Shown here piece after piece: positions 24,001 to 39,000 of a stretch of DNA of 64,000 nucleotides. The position numbers and the translations under genes are program-made. Position 1 is the stretch's first letter. Each line of letters begins with the position of its first letter. Location: the NCBI GenBank assembly GCA_964016885.1, contig OZ024745.1:4216001-4280000 (forward strand), read 5' to 3'. The notes beneath the pieces were generated by a model that ran no database searches, had not been told where the DNA came from, and was given only the letters and a program-made list of their open reading frames with translations. Source of the stretch: Eledone cirrhosa. Its lineage: Eukaryota.

Positions 24001-27000
24001 AGTGCAGTGAACTGGAATAAAGTGAGAGTGCAGTGAACTGGAATAAAGTGAGAGTGCAGTGAACTGGAATAAAGTGAGAGTGCAGAGAACCAGAATAAAG
24101 TGAGAGTGCAGTGAACTGGAATAAAGTGAGAGTGCAGTGAACCAGAATAAAGTGAGAGTGCAGTGAACTGGAATAAAGTGAGAGTGCAGTGAATCAGAAT
24201 AAAGTGAGAGTGCAGTGAACCAGAATAAAGTAAGAGTGCAGTGAACTGGAATAAAGTGAGAGCGCAGTGAATCAGAATAAAGTGAGAGTGCAGTGAACCA
24301 GAATAAAGTGAGAGTGCAGTGAACTGGAATAAAGTGAGAGTGCAGTGAACTGGAATAAAGTGAGAGTGCAGTGAATCAGAATAAAGTGAGAGTGCAGTGA
24401 ACCAGAATAAAGTAAGAGTGCAGTGAACTGGAATTAAGTGAGAGTGCAGTGAACTGGAATAAAGTGAGAGTGCAGTGAACTGGAATAAAGTGAGAGTGCA
24501 GTGAACTGGAATAAAGTGAGAGTGCAGTGAACCAGAATAAAGTGAGAGTGCAGTGAACTGGAATAAAGTGAGAGTGCAGTGAACCAGAATAAAGTGAGAT
24601 TGCAGTGAACTGGAATAAAGTGAGAGTGCAGTGAACTGGAATAAAGTGAGAGTGCAGTGAACCAGAATAAAGTGAGAGTGCAGTGAACTGGAATAAAGTG
24701 AGAGCGCAGTGAATCAGAATAAAGTGAGAGTACAGTGAACTGGAATAAAGTGAGAGTGCAGTGAATCAGAATAAAGTGAGAGCGCAGTGAACCAGAATAA
24801 AGTAAGAGTGCAGTGAACTGGAATAAAGTGAGAGTGCAGTGAACTGGAATAAAGTGAGAGTGCAGTGAACTGGAATAAAGTGAGAGTGCAGTGAACCAGA
24901 ATAAAGTGAGAGTGCAGTGAACCAGAATAAAGTGAGAGTGCAGTGAACTGGAATAAAGTGAGAGTGCAGTGAACTGGAATAAAGTGAGAGTGCAGTGAAC
25001 TGGAATAAAGTGAGAGTGCAGTGAACTGGAATAAAGTGAGAGTGCAGTGAACTGGAATAAAGTGAGAGTGCAGTGAACCAGAATAAAGTGAGAGTGCAGT
25101 GAACTGGAATAATGTGAGAGTGCAGTGAACTGGAATAAAGTGAGAGTGCAGTGAACCAGAATAAAGTGAGAGTGCAGTGAAATGGAATAAAGTGAGAGCG
25201 CAGTGAATCAGAATAAAGTGATAGTGCAGTGAACTGGAATAAAGTGAGAGTGCAGTGAATCAGAATAAAGTGAGAGTGCAGTGAACCAGAATAAAGTAAG
25301 AGTGCAGTGAACTAGAATAAAGTGAGAGTGCAGTGAACTGGAATAAAGTGAGAGTGCAGTGAACTGGAATAAAGTGAGAGTGCAGTGAACTGGAATAAAG
25401 TAAGAGTGCAGTGAACTAGAATAAAGTGAGAGTGCAGTGAACCAGAATAAAGTGAGAGTGCAGTGAACTGGAATAAAGTGAGAGTGCAGAGAACCAGAAT
25501 AAAGTGAGAGTGCAGTGAACTGGAATAAAGTGAGAGTGCAGAGAACCAGAATAAAGTGAGAGTGCAGTGAACTGGAATAAAGTGAGAGTGCAGTGAACTG
25601 GAATAAAGTGAGAGTGCAGTGAATCAGAATAAAGTGAGAGTGCAGTGAACTGGAATAAAGTGAGAGCGCAGTGAATCAGAATAAAGTGAGAGTGCAGCGA
25701 ACTGGAATAAAGTGAGAGTGCAGTGAACTGGAATAAAGTGAGAGTGCAGTGAACTGGAATAAAGTGAGAGTGCAGTGAACTGGAATAAAGTGAGAGTGCA
25801 GTGAACTGGAATAAAGTAAGAGTGCAGTGAACTAGAATAAAGTGAGAGTGCAGTGAACCAGCATAAAGTGAGAGTGCAGTGAACTGGAATAAAGTGAGAG
25901 TGCAGAGAACCAGAATAAAGTGAGAGTGCAGTGAACTGGAATAAAGTGAGAGTGCAGTGAATCAGAATAAAGTGAGAGTGCAGTGAACCAGAATAAAGTA
26001 AGAGTGCAGTGAACTGGAATAAAGTGAGAGTGCAGTGAACTGGAATAAAGTGAGAGTGCAGTGAACTGGAATAAAGTGAGAGTGCAGGGAACTGGAATAA
26101 AGTGAGAGTGCAGTGAACTGGAATAAAGTGAGGGTGCAGTGAACTGGAATCAAGTGAGAGTGCAGTGAACCAGAATAAAGTAAGAGTGCAGTGAACTGGA
26201 ATAAAGTGAGAGCGCAGTGAATCAGAATAAAGTGAGAGTGCAGTGAACCAGAATAAAGTGAGAGTGCAGTGAACTGGAATAAAGTAAGAGTGCAGTGAAC
26301 TAGAATAAAGTGAGAGTGCAGTGAACTGGAATAAAGTGAGCGTGCAGTGAACTGGAATAAAGTGAGAGTGCAGTGAACCAGAATAAAGTGAGAGTGCAGT
26401 GAACTGGAATAAAGTGAGAGTGCAGAGAACCAGAATAAAGTGAGAGTGCAGTGAACTGGAATAAAGTGAGAGTGCAGTGAACTGGAATAAAGTGAGAGTG
26501 CAGTGAATCAGAATAAAGTGAGAGTGCAGTGAACTGGAATAAAGTGAGAGCGCAGTGAATCAGAATAAAGTGAGAGTGCAGTGAACTGGAATAAAGTGAG
26601 AGTGCAGTGAATCAGAATAAAGTGAGAGTGCAGTGAACCAGAATAAAGTAAGAGTGCAGTGAACTGGAATAAAGTGAGAGTGCAGTGAACTGGAATAAAG
26701 TGAGAGTGCAGTGAACTGGAATAAAGTGAGAGTGCAGGGAACTGGAATAAAGTGAGAGTGCAGTGAACTGGAATAAAGTGAGGGTGCAGTGAACTGGAAT
26801 AAAGTGAGAGTGCAGTGAACCAGAATAAAGTAAGAGTGCAGTGAACTGGAATAAAGTGAGAGCGCAGTGAATCAGAATAAAGTGAGAGTGCAGTGAACCA
26901 GAATAAAGTTAGAGTGCAGTGAACTGGAATAAAGTGAGAGTGCAGTGAACTGGAATAAAGTGAGAGTGCAGTGAATCAGAATAAAGTGAGAGTGCAGTGA

Positions 27001-30000
27001 ACCAGAATAAAGTAAGAGTGCAGTGAACTGGAATAAAGTGAGAGTGCAGTGAACTGGAATAAAGTGAGAGTGCAGTGAACTGGAATAAAGTAAGAGCGCA
27101 GTGAACTGGAATAAAGTGAGAGTGCAGTGAACTGGAATAAAGTGAGAGTGCAGTGAACTGGAATAAAGTGAGAGTGCAGTGAACCAGAATAAAGTGAGAG
27201 TGCAGTGAACTGGAATAAAGTGAGAGCGCAGTGAACTGGAATAAAGTGAGAGTGCAGTGAACTGGAATAAAGTAAGAGCGCAGTGAACTGGAATAAAGTG
27301 AGAGTGCAGTGAACCAGAATAAAGTGAGAGTGCAGTAAACTGGAATAAAGTGAGAGTGCAGTGAACCAGAATAAAGTGAGAGTGCAGTGAACTGGAATAA
27401 AGTGAGAGTGCAGTGAACCAGAATAAAGTGAGAGTGCAGTGAACTGGAATAAAGTGAGAGTGCAGTGAACCAGAATAAAGTGAGAGTGCAGTGAACTGGA
27501 ATAAAGTGAGAGTGCAGTAAACCAGAATAAAGTGAGAGTGCAGTGAACTGGAATAAAGTGAGAGCGCAGTGAACCGGAATAAAGTGAGAGTGCAGTGAAC
27601 TGTAATAAAGTGAGAGTGCAGTGAACTGGAATAAAGTGAGAGTGCAGTGAACCAGAATAAAGTGAGAGTGCAGTGAACTGGAATAAAGTGAGAGTGCAGT
27701 GAACTGGAATAAAGTGAGAGTGCAGTGAACCAGAATAAAGTGAGAGTGCAGTGAACTGGAATAAAGTGAGAGTGCAGTGAATCAGAATAAAGTGAGAGTG
27801 CAGTGAACCAGAATAAAGTGAGAGTGCAGTGAACTGGAATAAAGTGAGAGTGCAGTGAACTGGAATAAAGTGAGAGTGCAGTGAACTGGAATAAAGTGAG
27901 AGTGCAGTGAACCAGAATAAAGTGAGAGTGCAGTGAACTGGAATAAAGTCAGAGTGCAGTGAACTGGAATAAAGTGAGAGTGCAGTGAACCAGAATAAAG
28001 TGAGAGTGCAGTGAACTGGAATAAAGTGAGAGTGCAGTGAACCAGAATAAAGTGAGAGTGCAGTGAACTGGAATAAAGTGAGAGTGCAGTGAATCAGAAT
28101 AAAGTGAGAGTGCAGTGAACCAGAATAAAGTGAGAGTGCAGTGAACTGGAATAAAGTGAGAGTGCAGTGAACTGGAATAAAGCGAGAGTGCAGTGAACTG
28201 GAATAAAGTGAGAGTGCAGAGAACCAGAATAAAGTGAGAGTGCAGTGAACTGGAATAAAGTGAGAGTGCAGTGAACCAGAATAAAGTGAGAGTGCAGTGA
28301 ACTGGAATAAAGTGAGAGTGCAGTGAATCAGAATAAAGTGAGAGTGCAGTGAACCAGAATAAAGTAAGAGTGCAGTGAACTGGAATAAAGTGAGAGCGCA
28401 GTGAATCAGAATAAAGTGAGAGTGCAGTGAACCAGAATAAAGTGAGAGTGCAGTGAACTGGAATAAAGTGAGAGTGCAGTGAACTGGAATAAAGTGAGAG
28501 TGCAGTGAATCAGAATAAACTGAGAGTGCAGTGAACCAGAATAAAGTAAGAGTGCAGTGAACTGGAATTAAGTGAGAGTGCAGTGAACTGGAATAAAGTG
28601 AGAGTGCAGTGAACTGGAATAAAGTGAGAGTGCAGTGAACTGGAATAAAGTGAGAGTGCAGTGAACCAGAATAAAGTGAGAGTGCAGTGAACTGGAATAA
28701 AGTGCGAGTGCAGTGAACCAGAATAAAGTGAGATTGCAGTGAACTGGAATAAAGTGACAGTGCAGTGAACTGGAATAAAGTGAGAGTGCAGTGAACCAGA
28801 ATAAAGTGAGAGTGCAGTGAACTGGAATAAAGTGAGAGCGCAGTGAATCAGAATAAAGTGAGAGTGCAGTGAACTGGAATAAAGTGAGAGTGCAGTGAAT
28901 CAGAATAAAGTGAGAGCGCAGTGAACCAGAATAAAGTAAGAGTGCAGTGAACTGGAATAAAGTGAGAGTGCAGTGAACTGGAATAAAGTGAGAGTGCAGT
29001 GAACTGGAATAAAGTGAGAGTGCAGTGAACCAGAATAAAGTGAGAGTGCAGTGAACCAGAATAAAGTGAGAGTGCAGTGAACTGGAATAAAGTGAGAGTG
29101 CAGTGAACTGGAATAAAGTGAGAGTGCAGTGAACTGGAATAAAATGAGAGTGCAGTGAAATGGAATAAAGTGAGAGCGCAGTGAATCAGAATAAAGTGAT
29201 AGTGCAGTGAACTGGAATAAAGTGAGAGTGCAGTGAATCAGAATAAAGTGAGAGTGCAGTGAACCAGAATAAAGTAAGAGTGCAGTGAACTAGAATAAAG
29301 TGAGAGTGCAGTGAACTGGAATAAAGTGAGAGTGCAGTGAACTGGAATAAAGTGAGAGTGCAGTGAACTGGAATAAAGTAAGAGTGCAGTGAACTAGAAT
29401 AAAGTGAGAGTGCAGTGAACCAGAATAAAGTGAGAGTGCAGTGAACTGGAATAAAGTGAGAGTGCAGAGAACCAGAATAAAGTGAGAGTGCAGTGAACTG
29501 GAATAAAGTGAGAGTGCAGAGAACCAGAATAAAGTGAGAGTGCAGTGAACTGGAATAAAGTGAGAGTGCAGTGAACTGGAATAAAGTGAGAGTGCAGTGA
29601 ATCAGAATAAAGTGAGAGTGCAGTGAACTGGAATAAAGTGAGAGCGCAGTGAATCAGAATAAAGTGAGAGTGCAGCGAACTGGAATAAAGTGAGAGTGCA
29701 GTGAACTGGAATAAAGTGAGAGTGCAGTGAACTGGAATAAAGTGAGAGTGCAGTGAACTGGAATAAAGTGAGAGTGCAGTGAACTGGAATAAAGTAAGAG
29801 TGCAGTGAACTAGAATAAAGTGAGAGTGCAGTGAACCAGCATAAAGTGAGAGTGCAGTGAACTGGAATAAAGTGAGAGTGCAGAGAACCAGAATGAAGTG
29901 AGAGTGCAGTGAACTGGAATAAAGTGAGAGTGCAGTGAATCAGAATAAAGTGAGAGTGCAGTGAACCAGAATAAAGTAAGAGTGCAGTGAACTGGAATAA

Positions 30001-33000
30001 AGTGAGAGTGCAGTGAACTGGAATAAAGTGAGAGTGCAGTGAACTGGAATAAAGTGAGAGTGCAGGGAACTGGAATAAAGTGAGAGTGCAGTGAACTGGA
30101 ATAAAGTGAGGGTGCAGTGAACTGGAATAAAGTGAGAGTGCAGTGAACCAGAATAAAGTAAGAGTGCAGTGAACTGGAATAAAGTGAGAGCGCAGTGAAT
30201 CAGAATAAAGTGAGAGTGCAGTGAACCAGAATAAAGTGAGAGTGCAGTGAACTGGAATAAAGTGAGAGTACAGTGAACCAGAATAAAGTGAGAGTGCAGT
30301 GAACTGGAATAAAGTGAGAGCGCAGTGAATCAGAATAAAGTGAGAGTGCAGTGAACTGGAATAAAGTGAGAGCGCAGTGAATCAGAATAAAGTGAGAGTA
30401 CAGTGAACTGGAATAAAGTGAGAGTGCAGTGAATCAGAATAAAGTGAGAGCGCAGTGAACCAGAATAAAGTAAGAGTGCAGTGAACCAGAATAAAGTGAG
30501 AGTGCAGTGAACTGGAATAAAGTGAGAGTGCAGTGAATCAGAATAAAGTGAGAGTGCAGTGAACCAGAATAAAGTAAGAGTGCAGTGAACTGGAATAAAG
30601 TGAGAGCGCAGTGAATCAGAATAAAGTGAGAGTGCAGTGAACCAGAATAAAGTGAGAGTGCAGTGAACTGGAATAAAGTGAGAGTGCAGTGAACTGGAAT
30701 AAAGTGAGAGTGCAGTGAATCAGAATAAAGTGAGAGTGCAGTGAACCAGAATAAAGTAAGAGTGCAGTGAACTGGAATTAAGTGAGAGTGCAGTGAACTG
30801 GAATAAAGTGAGAGTGCAGTGAACTGGAATAAAGTGAGAGTGCAGTGAACTGGAATAAAGTGAGAGTGCAGTGAACCAGAATAAAGTGAGAGTGCAGTGA
30901 ACTGGAATAAAGTGAGAGTGCAGTGAACCAGAATAAAGTGAGATTGCAGTGAACTGGAATAAAGTGAGAGTGCAGTGAACTGGAATAAAGTGAGAGTGCA
31001 GTGAACCAGAATAAAGTGAGAGTGCAGTGAACTGGAATAAAGTGAGAGCGCAGTGAATCAGAATAAAGTGAGAGTACAGTGAACTGGAATAAAGTGAGAG
31101 TGCAGTGAATCAGAATAAAGTGAGAGCGCAGTGAACCAGAATAAAGTAAGAGTGCAGTGAACTGGAATAAAGTGAGAGTGCAGTGAACTGGAATAAAGTG
31201 AGAGTGCAGTGAACTGGAATAAAGTGAGAGTGCAGTGAACCAGAATAAAGTGAGAGTGCAGTGAACCAGAATAAAGTGAGAGTGCAGTGAACTGGAATAA
31301 AGTGAGAGTGCAGTGAACTGGAATAAAGTGAGAGTGCAGTGAACTGGAATAAAGTGAGAGTGCAGTGAACTGGAATAAAGTGAGAGTGCAGTGAACTGGA
31401 ATAAAGTGAGAGTGCAGTGAACCAGAATAAAGTGAGAGTGCAGTGAACTGGAATAATGTGAGAGTGCAGTGAACTGGAATAAAGTGAGAGTGCAGTGAAC
31501 CAGAATAAAGTGAGAGTGCAGTGAAATGGAATAAAGTGAGAGCGCAGTGAATCAGAATAAAGTGATAGTGCAGTGAACTGGAATAAAGTGAGAGTGCAGT
31601 GAATCAGAATAAAGTGAGAGTGCAGTGAACCAGAATAAAGTAAGAGTGCAGTGAACTAGAATAAAGTGAGAGTGCAGTGAACTGGAATAAAGTGAGAGTG
31701 CAGTGAACTGGAATAAAGTGAGAGTGCAGTGAACTGGAATAAAGTAAGAGTGCAGTGAACTAGAATAAAGTGAGAGTGCAGTGAACCAGAATAAAGTGAG
31801 AGTGCAGTGAACTGGAATAAAGTGAGAGTGCAGAGAACCAGAATAAAGTGAGAGTGCAGTGAACTGGAATAAAGTGAGAGTGCAGAGAACCAGAATAAAG
31901 TGAGAGTGCAGTGAACTGGAATAAAGTGAGAGTGCAGTGAACTGGAATAAAGTGAGAGTGCAGTGAATCAGAATAAAGTGAGAGTGCAGTGAACTGGAAT
32001 AAAGTGAGAGCGCAGTGAATCAGAATAAAGTGAGAGTGCAGCGAACTGGAATAAAGTGAGAGTGCAGTGAACTGGAATAAAGTGAGAGTGCAGTGAACTG
32101 GAATAAAGTGAGAGTGCAGTGAACTGGAATAAAGTGAGAGTGCAGTGAACTGGAATAAAGTAAGAGTGCAGTGAACTAGAATAAAGTGAGAGTGCAGTGA
32201 ACCAGCATAAAGTGAGAGTGCAGTGAACTGGAATAAAGTGAGAGTGCAGAGAACCAGAATAAAGTGAGAGTGCAGTGAACTGGAATAAAGTGAGAGTGCA
32301 GTGAATCAGAATAAAGTGAGAGTGCAGTGAACCAGAATAAAGTAAGAGTGCAGTGAACTGGAATAAAGTGAGAGTGCAGTGAACTGGAATAAAGTGAGAG
32401 TGCAGTGAACTGGAATAAAGTGAGAGTGCAGGGAACTGGAATAAAGTGAGAGTGCAGTGAACTGGAATAAAGAGAGGGTGCAGTGAACTGGAATCAAGTG
32501 AGAGTGCAGTGAACCAGAATAAAGTAAGAGTGCAGTGAACTGGAATAAAGTGAGAGCGCAGTGAATCAGAATAAAGTGAGAGTGCAGTGAACCAGAATAA
32601 AGTGAGAGTGCAGTGAACTGGAATAAAGTAAGAGTGCAGTGAACTAGAATAAAGTGAGAGTGCAGTGAACTGGAATAAAGTGAGCGTGCAGTGAACTGGA
32701 ATAAAGTGAGAGTGCAGTGAACCAGAATAAAGTGAGAGTGCAGTGAACTGGAATAAAGTGAGAGTGCAGAGAACCAGAATAAAGTGAGAGTGCAGTGAAC
32801 TGGAATAAAGTGAGAGTGCAGTGAACTGGAATAAAGTGAGAGTGCAGTGAATCAGAATAAAGTGAGAGTGCAGTGAACTGGAATAAAGTGAGAGCGCAGT
32901 GAATCAGAATAAAGTGAGAGTGCAGTGAACTGGAATAAAGTGAGAGTGCAGTGAATCAGAATAAAGTGAGAGTGCAGTGAACCAGAATAAAGTAAGAGTG

Positions 33001-36000
33001 CAGTGAACTGGAATAAAGTGAGAGTGCAGTGAACTGGAATAAAATGAGAGTGCAGTGAACTGGAATAAAGTGAGAGTGCAGGGAACTGGAATAAAGTGAG
33101 AGTGCAGTGAACTGGAATAAAGTGAGGGTGCAGTGAACTGGAATAAAGTGAGAGTGCAGTGAACCAGAATAAAGTAAGAGTGCAGTGAACTGGAATAAAG
33201 TGAGAGCGCAGTGAATCAGAATAAAGTGAGAGTGCAGTGAACCAGAATAAAGTTAGAGTGCAGTGAACTGGAATAAAGTGAGAGTGCAGTGAACTGGAAT
33301 AAAGTGAGAGTGCAGTGAATCAGAATAAAGTGAGAGTGCAGTGAACCAGAATAAAGTAAGAGTGCAGTGAACTGGAATAAAGTGAGAGTGCAGTGAACTG
33401 GAATAAAGTGAGAGTGCAGTGAACTGGAATAAAGTAAGAGCGCAGTGAACTGGAATAAAGTGAGAGTGCAGTGAACTGGAATAAAGTGAGAGTGCAGTGA
33501 ACTGGAATAAAGTGAGAGTGCAGTGAACCAGAATAAAGTGAGAGTGCAGTGAACTGGAATAAAGTGAGAGCGCAGTGAACTGGAATAAAGTGAGAGTGCA
33601 GTGAACTGGAATAAAGTAAGAGCGCAGTGAACTGGAATAAAGTGAGAGTGCAGTGAACCAGAATAAAGTGAGAGTGCAGTAAACTGGAATAAAGTGAGAG
33701 TGCAGTGAACCAGAATAAAGTGAGAGTGCAGTGAACTGGAATAAAGTGAGAGTGCAGTGAACCAGAATAAAGTGAGAGTGCAGTGAACTGGAATAAAGTG
33801 AGAGTGCAGTGAACCAGAATAAAGTGAGAGTGCAGTGAACTGGAATAAAGTGAGAGTGCAGTAAACCAGAATAAAGTGAGAGTGCAGTGAACTGGAATAA
33901 AGTGAGAGCGCAGTGAACCGGAATAAAGTGAGAGTGCAGTGAACTGTAATAAAGTGAGAGTACAGTGAACTGGAATAAAGTGAGAGTGCAGTGAACCAGA
34001 ATAAAGTGAGAGTGCAGTGAACTGGAATAAAGTGAGAGTGCAGTGAACTGGAATAAAGTGAGAGTGCAGTGAACCAGAATAAAGTGAGAGTGCAGTGAAC
34101 TGGAATAAAGTGAGAGTGCAGTGAATCAGAATAAAGTGAGAGTGCAGTGAACCAGAATAAAGTGAGAGTGCAGTGAACTGGAATAAAGTGAGAGTGTAGT
34201 GAACTGGAATAAAGTGAGAGTGCAGTGAACTGGAATAAAGTGAGAGTGCAGTGAACCAGAATAAAGTGAGAGTGCAGTGAACTGGAATAAAGTCAGAGTG
34301 CAGTGAACTGGAATAAAGTGAGAGTGCAGTGAACCAGAATAAAGTGAGAGTGCAGTGAACTGGAATAAAGTGAGAGTGCAGTGAACCAGAATAAAGTGAG
34401 AGTGCAGTGAACTGGAATAAAGTGAGAGTGCAGTGAATCAGAATAAAGTGAGAGTGCAGTGAACCAGAATAAAGTGAGAGTGCAGTGAACTGGAATAAAG
34501 TGAGAGTGCAGTGAACTGGAATAAAGCGAGAGTGCAGTGAACTGGAATAAAGTGAGAGTGCAGAGAACCAGAATAAAGTGAGAGTGCAGTGAACTGGAAT
34601 AAAGTGAGAGTGCAGTGAACCAGAATAAAGTGAGAGTGCAGTGAACTGGAATAAAGTGAGAGTGCAGTGAATCAGAATAAAGTGAGAGTGCAGTGAACCA
34701 GAATAAAGTAAGAGTGCAGTGAACTGGAATAAAGTGAGAGCGCAGTGAATCAGAATAAAGTGAGAGTGCAGTGAACCAGAATAAAGTGAGAGTGCAGTGA
34801 ACTGGAATAAAGTGAGAGTGCAGTGAACTGGAATAAAGTGAGAGTGCAGTGAATCAGAATAAACTGAGAGTGCAGTGAACCAGAATAAAGTAAGAGTGCA
34901 GTGAACTGGAATTAAGTGAGAGTGCAGTGAACTGGAATAAAGTGAGAGTGCAGTGAACTGGAATAAAGTGAGAGTGCAGTGAACTGGAATAAAGTGAGAG
35001 TGCAGTGAACCAGAATAAAGTGAGAGTGCAGTGAACTGGAATAAAGTGCGAGTGCAGTGAACCAGAATAAAGTGAGATTGCAGTGAACTGGAATAAAGTG
35101 AGAGTGCAGTGAACTGGAATAAAGTGAGAGTGCAGTGAACCAGAATAAAGTGAGAGTGCAGTGAACTGGAATAAAGTGAGAGCGCAGTGAATCAGAATAA
35201 AGTGAGAGTGCAGTGAACTGGAATAAAGTGAGAGTGCAGTGAATCAGAATAAAGTGAGAGCGCAGTGAACCAGAATAAAGTAAGAGTGCAGTGAACTGGA
35301 ATAAAGTGAGAGTGCAGTGAACTGGAATAAAGTGAGAGTGCAGTGAACTGGAATAAAGTGGGAGTGCAGTGAACCAGAATAAAGTGAGAGTGCAGTGAAC
35401 CAGAATAAAGTGAGAGTGCAGTGAACTGGAATAAAGTGAGAGTGCAGTGAACTGGAATAAAGTGAGAGTGCAGTGAACTGGAATAAAATGAGAGTGCAGT
35501 GAAATGGAATAAAGTGAGAGCGCAGTGAATCAGAATAAAGTGATAGTGCAGTGAACTGGAATAAAGTGAGAGTGCAGTGAATCAGAATAAAGTGAGAGTG
35601 CAGTGAACCAGAATAAAGTAAGAGTGCAGTGAACTAGAATAAAGTGAGAGTGCAGTGAACTGGAATAAAGTGAGAGTGCAGTGAACTGGAATAAAGTGAG
35701 AGTGCAGTGAACTGGAATAAAGTAAGAGTGCAGTGAACTAGAATAAAGTGAGAGTGCAGTGAACCAGAATAAAGTGAGAGTGCAGTGAACTGGAATAAAG
35801 TGAGAGTGCAGAGAACCAGAATAAAGTGAGAGTGCAGTGAACTGGAATAAAGTGAGAGTGCAGAGAACCAGAATAAAGTGAGAGTGCAGTGAACTGGAAT
35901 AAAGTGAGAGTGCAGTGAACTGGAATAAAGTGAGAGTGCAGTGAATCAGAATAAAGTGAGAGTGCAGTGAACTGGAATAAAGTGAGAGCGCAGTGAATCA

Positions 36001-39000
36001 GAATAAAGTGAGAGTGCAGCGAACTGGAATAAAGTGAGAGTGCAGTGAACTGGAATAAAGTGAGAGTGCAGTGAACTGGAATAAAGTGAGAGTGCAGTGA
36101 ACTGGAATAAAGTGAGAGTGCAGTGAACTGGAATAAAGTAAGAGTGCAGTGAACTAGAATAAAGTGAGAGTGCAGTGAACCAGCATAAAGTGAGAGTGCA
36201 GTGAACTGGAATAAAGTGAGAGTGCAGAGAACCAGAATGAAGTGAGAGTGCAGTGAACTGGAATAAAGTGAGAGTGCAGTGAATCAGAATAAAGTGAGAG
36301 TGCAGTGAACCAGAATAAAGTAAGAGTGCAGTGAACTGGAATAAAGTGAGAGTGCAGTGAACTGGAATAAAGTGAGAGTGCAGTGAACTGGAATAAAGTG
36401 AGAGTGCAGGGAACTGGAATAAAGTGAGAGTGCAGTGAACTGGAATAAAGTGAGGGTGCAGTGAACTGGAATAAAGTGAGAGTGCAGTGAACCAGAATAA
36501 AGTAAGAGTGCAGTGAACTGGAATAAAGTGAGAGCGCAGTGAATCAGAATAAAGTGAGAGTGCAGTGAACCAGAATAAAGTGAGAGTGCAGTGAACTGGA
36601 ATAAAGTGAGAGTACAGTGAACCAGAATAAAGTGAGAGTGCAGTGAACTGGAATAAAGTGAGAGCGCAGTGAATCAGAATAAAGTGAGAGTGCAGTGAAC
36701 TGGAATAAAGTGAGAGTGCAGTGAATCAGAATAAAGTGAGAGCGCAGTGAACCAGAATAAAGTAAGAGTGCAGTGAACTGGAATAAAGTGAGAGTGCAGT
36801 GAACTGGAATAAAGTGAGAGTGCAGTGAACTGGAATAAAGTGAGAGTGCAGTGAACCAGAATAAAGTGAGAGTGCAGTGAACCAGAATAAAATGAGAGTG
36901 CAGTGAACTGGAATAAAGTGAGAGTGCAGTGAACTGGAATAAAGTGAGAGTGCAGTGAACTGGAATAAAGTGAGAGTGCAGTGAACTGGAATAAAGTGAG
37001 AGTGCAGTGAACCAGAATAAAGTGAGAGTGCAGTGAACTGGAATAATGTGAGAGTGCAGTGAACTGGAATAAAGTGAGAGTGCAGTGAACCAGAATAAAG
37101 TGAGAGTGCAGTGAACTGGAATAAAGTGAGAGCGCAGTGAATCAGAATAAAGTGAGAGTGCAGTGAACTGGAATAAAGTGAGAGTGCAGTGAATCAGAAT
37201 AAAGTGAGAGTGCAGTGAACCAGAATAAAGTAAGGGTGCAGTGAACTGGAATAAAGTGAGAGTGCAGTGAACTGGAATAAAGTGAAAGTGCAGTGAACTG
37301 GAATAAAGTGAGAGTGCAGTGAACTGGAATAAAGTAAGAGTGTAGTGAACTAGAATAAAGTGAGAGTGCAGTGAACTGGAATAAAGTGAGAGTGCAGTGA
37401 ACCAGAATAAAGTGAGAGTACAGTGAACTGGAATAAAGTGAGAGTGCAGAGAACCAGAATAAAGTGAGAGTGCAGTGAACTGGAATAAAGTGAGAGTGCA
37501 GTGAACCAGAATAAAGTAAGAGTGCAGTGAACTGGAATAAAGTGAGAGTGCAGTGAACTGGAATAAAGTGAGAGTGCAGTGCACCAGAATAAAGTGAGAG
37601 TGCAGTGAACTGGAATAAAGTGAGAGTGCAGTGAATCAGAATAAAGTGAGAGTGCAGTGAAACAGAATAAAGTAAGAGTGCAGTGAACTGTAATAAAGTG
37701 AGAGCGCAGTGAATCAGAATAAAGTGAGAGTGCAGTGAACCAGAATAAAGTGAGAGTGCAGTGAACTGGAATAAAGTGAGAATGCAGTGAACTGGAATAA
37801 AGTGAGAGTGCAGTGAATCAGAATAAAGTGAGAGTGCAGTGAACCAGAATAAAGTAAGAGTGCAGTGAACTGGAATAAAGTGAGAGTGCAGTGAACTGGA
37901 ATAAAGTGAGAGTGCAGTGAACTGGAATAAAGTGAGAGTGCAGTGAACCAGAATAAAGTGAGAGTGCAGTGAACTGGAATAAAGTGAGAGTGCAGTGAAC
38001 TGGAATAAAGTGAGAGTGCAGTGAACCAGAATAAAGTGAGAGTGCAGTGAACTGGAATAAAGTTAGAGTGCAGTGAATCAGAATAAAGTGAGAGTGCAGT
38101 GAACCAGAATAAAGTGAGAGTGCAGTGAACTGGAATAAAGTGAGAGTGCAGTGAACTGGAATAAAGTGAGAGTGCAGTGAACTGGAATAAAGTGAGAGTG
38201 CAGTGAACTGGAATAAAGTGAGAGTGCAGAGAACCAGAATAAAGTGAGAGTGCAGTGAACTGGAATAAAGTGAGAGTGCAGTGAACTGGAATAAAGTGAG
38301 AGTGGAGTGAATCAGAATAAAGTGAGAGTGCAGTGAACAGGAATAAAGTGAGAGCGCAGTGAATCAGAATAAAGTGAGAGTGCAGTGAACTGGAATAAAG
38401 TGAGAGTGCAGTGAATCAGAATAAAGTGAGAGTGCAGTGAACCAGAATAAAGTAAGAGTGCAGTGAACTGGAATAAAGTGAGAGTGCAGTGAACTGGAAT
38501 AAAGTGAGAGTGCAGTGAACCAGAATAAAGTGAGAGTGCAGTGAACTGGAATAAAGTGAGAGTGCAGTGAATCAGAATAAAGTGAGAGTGCAGTGAACCA
38601 GAATAAAGTGAGAGTGCAGTGAACTGGAATAAAGTGAGAGTGCAGTGAACTGGAATAAAGTGAGAGTGCAGTGAATCAGAATAAAGTGAGAGTGCAGTGA
38701 ACCAGAATAAAGTAAGAGTGCAGTGAACTGGAATAAAGTGAGAGTGCCGTGAACTGGAATAAAGTGAGAGTGCAGTGAACTGGAATAAAGTGAGAGTGCA
38801 GTGAACTGGAATAAAGTGAGAGTGCAGTGAACCAGAATAAAGTGAGAGTGCAGTGAACTGGAATAAAGTGAGAGTGCAGTGAACCAGAATAAAGTGAGAG
38901 TGCAGTGAACTGGAATAAAGTGAGAGTGCAGTGAACTGGAATAAAGTGAGAGTGCAGTGAACCAGAATAAAGTGAGAGTGCAGTGAACTGGAATAAAGTG

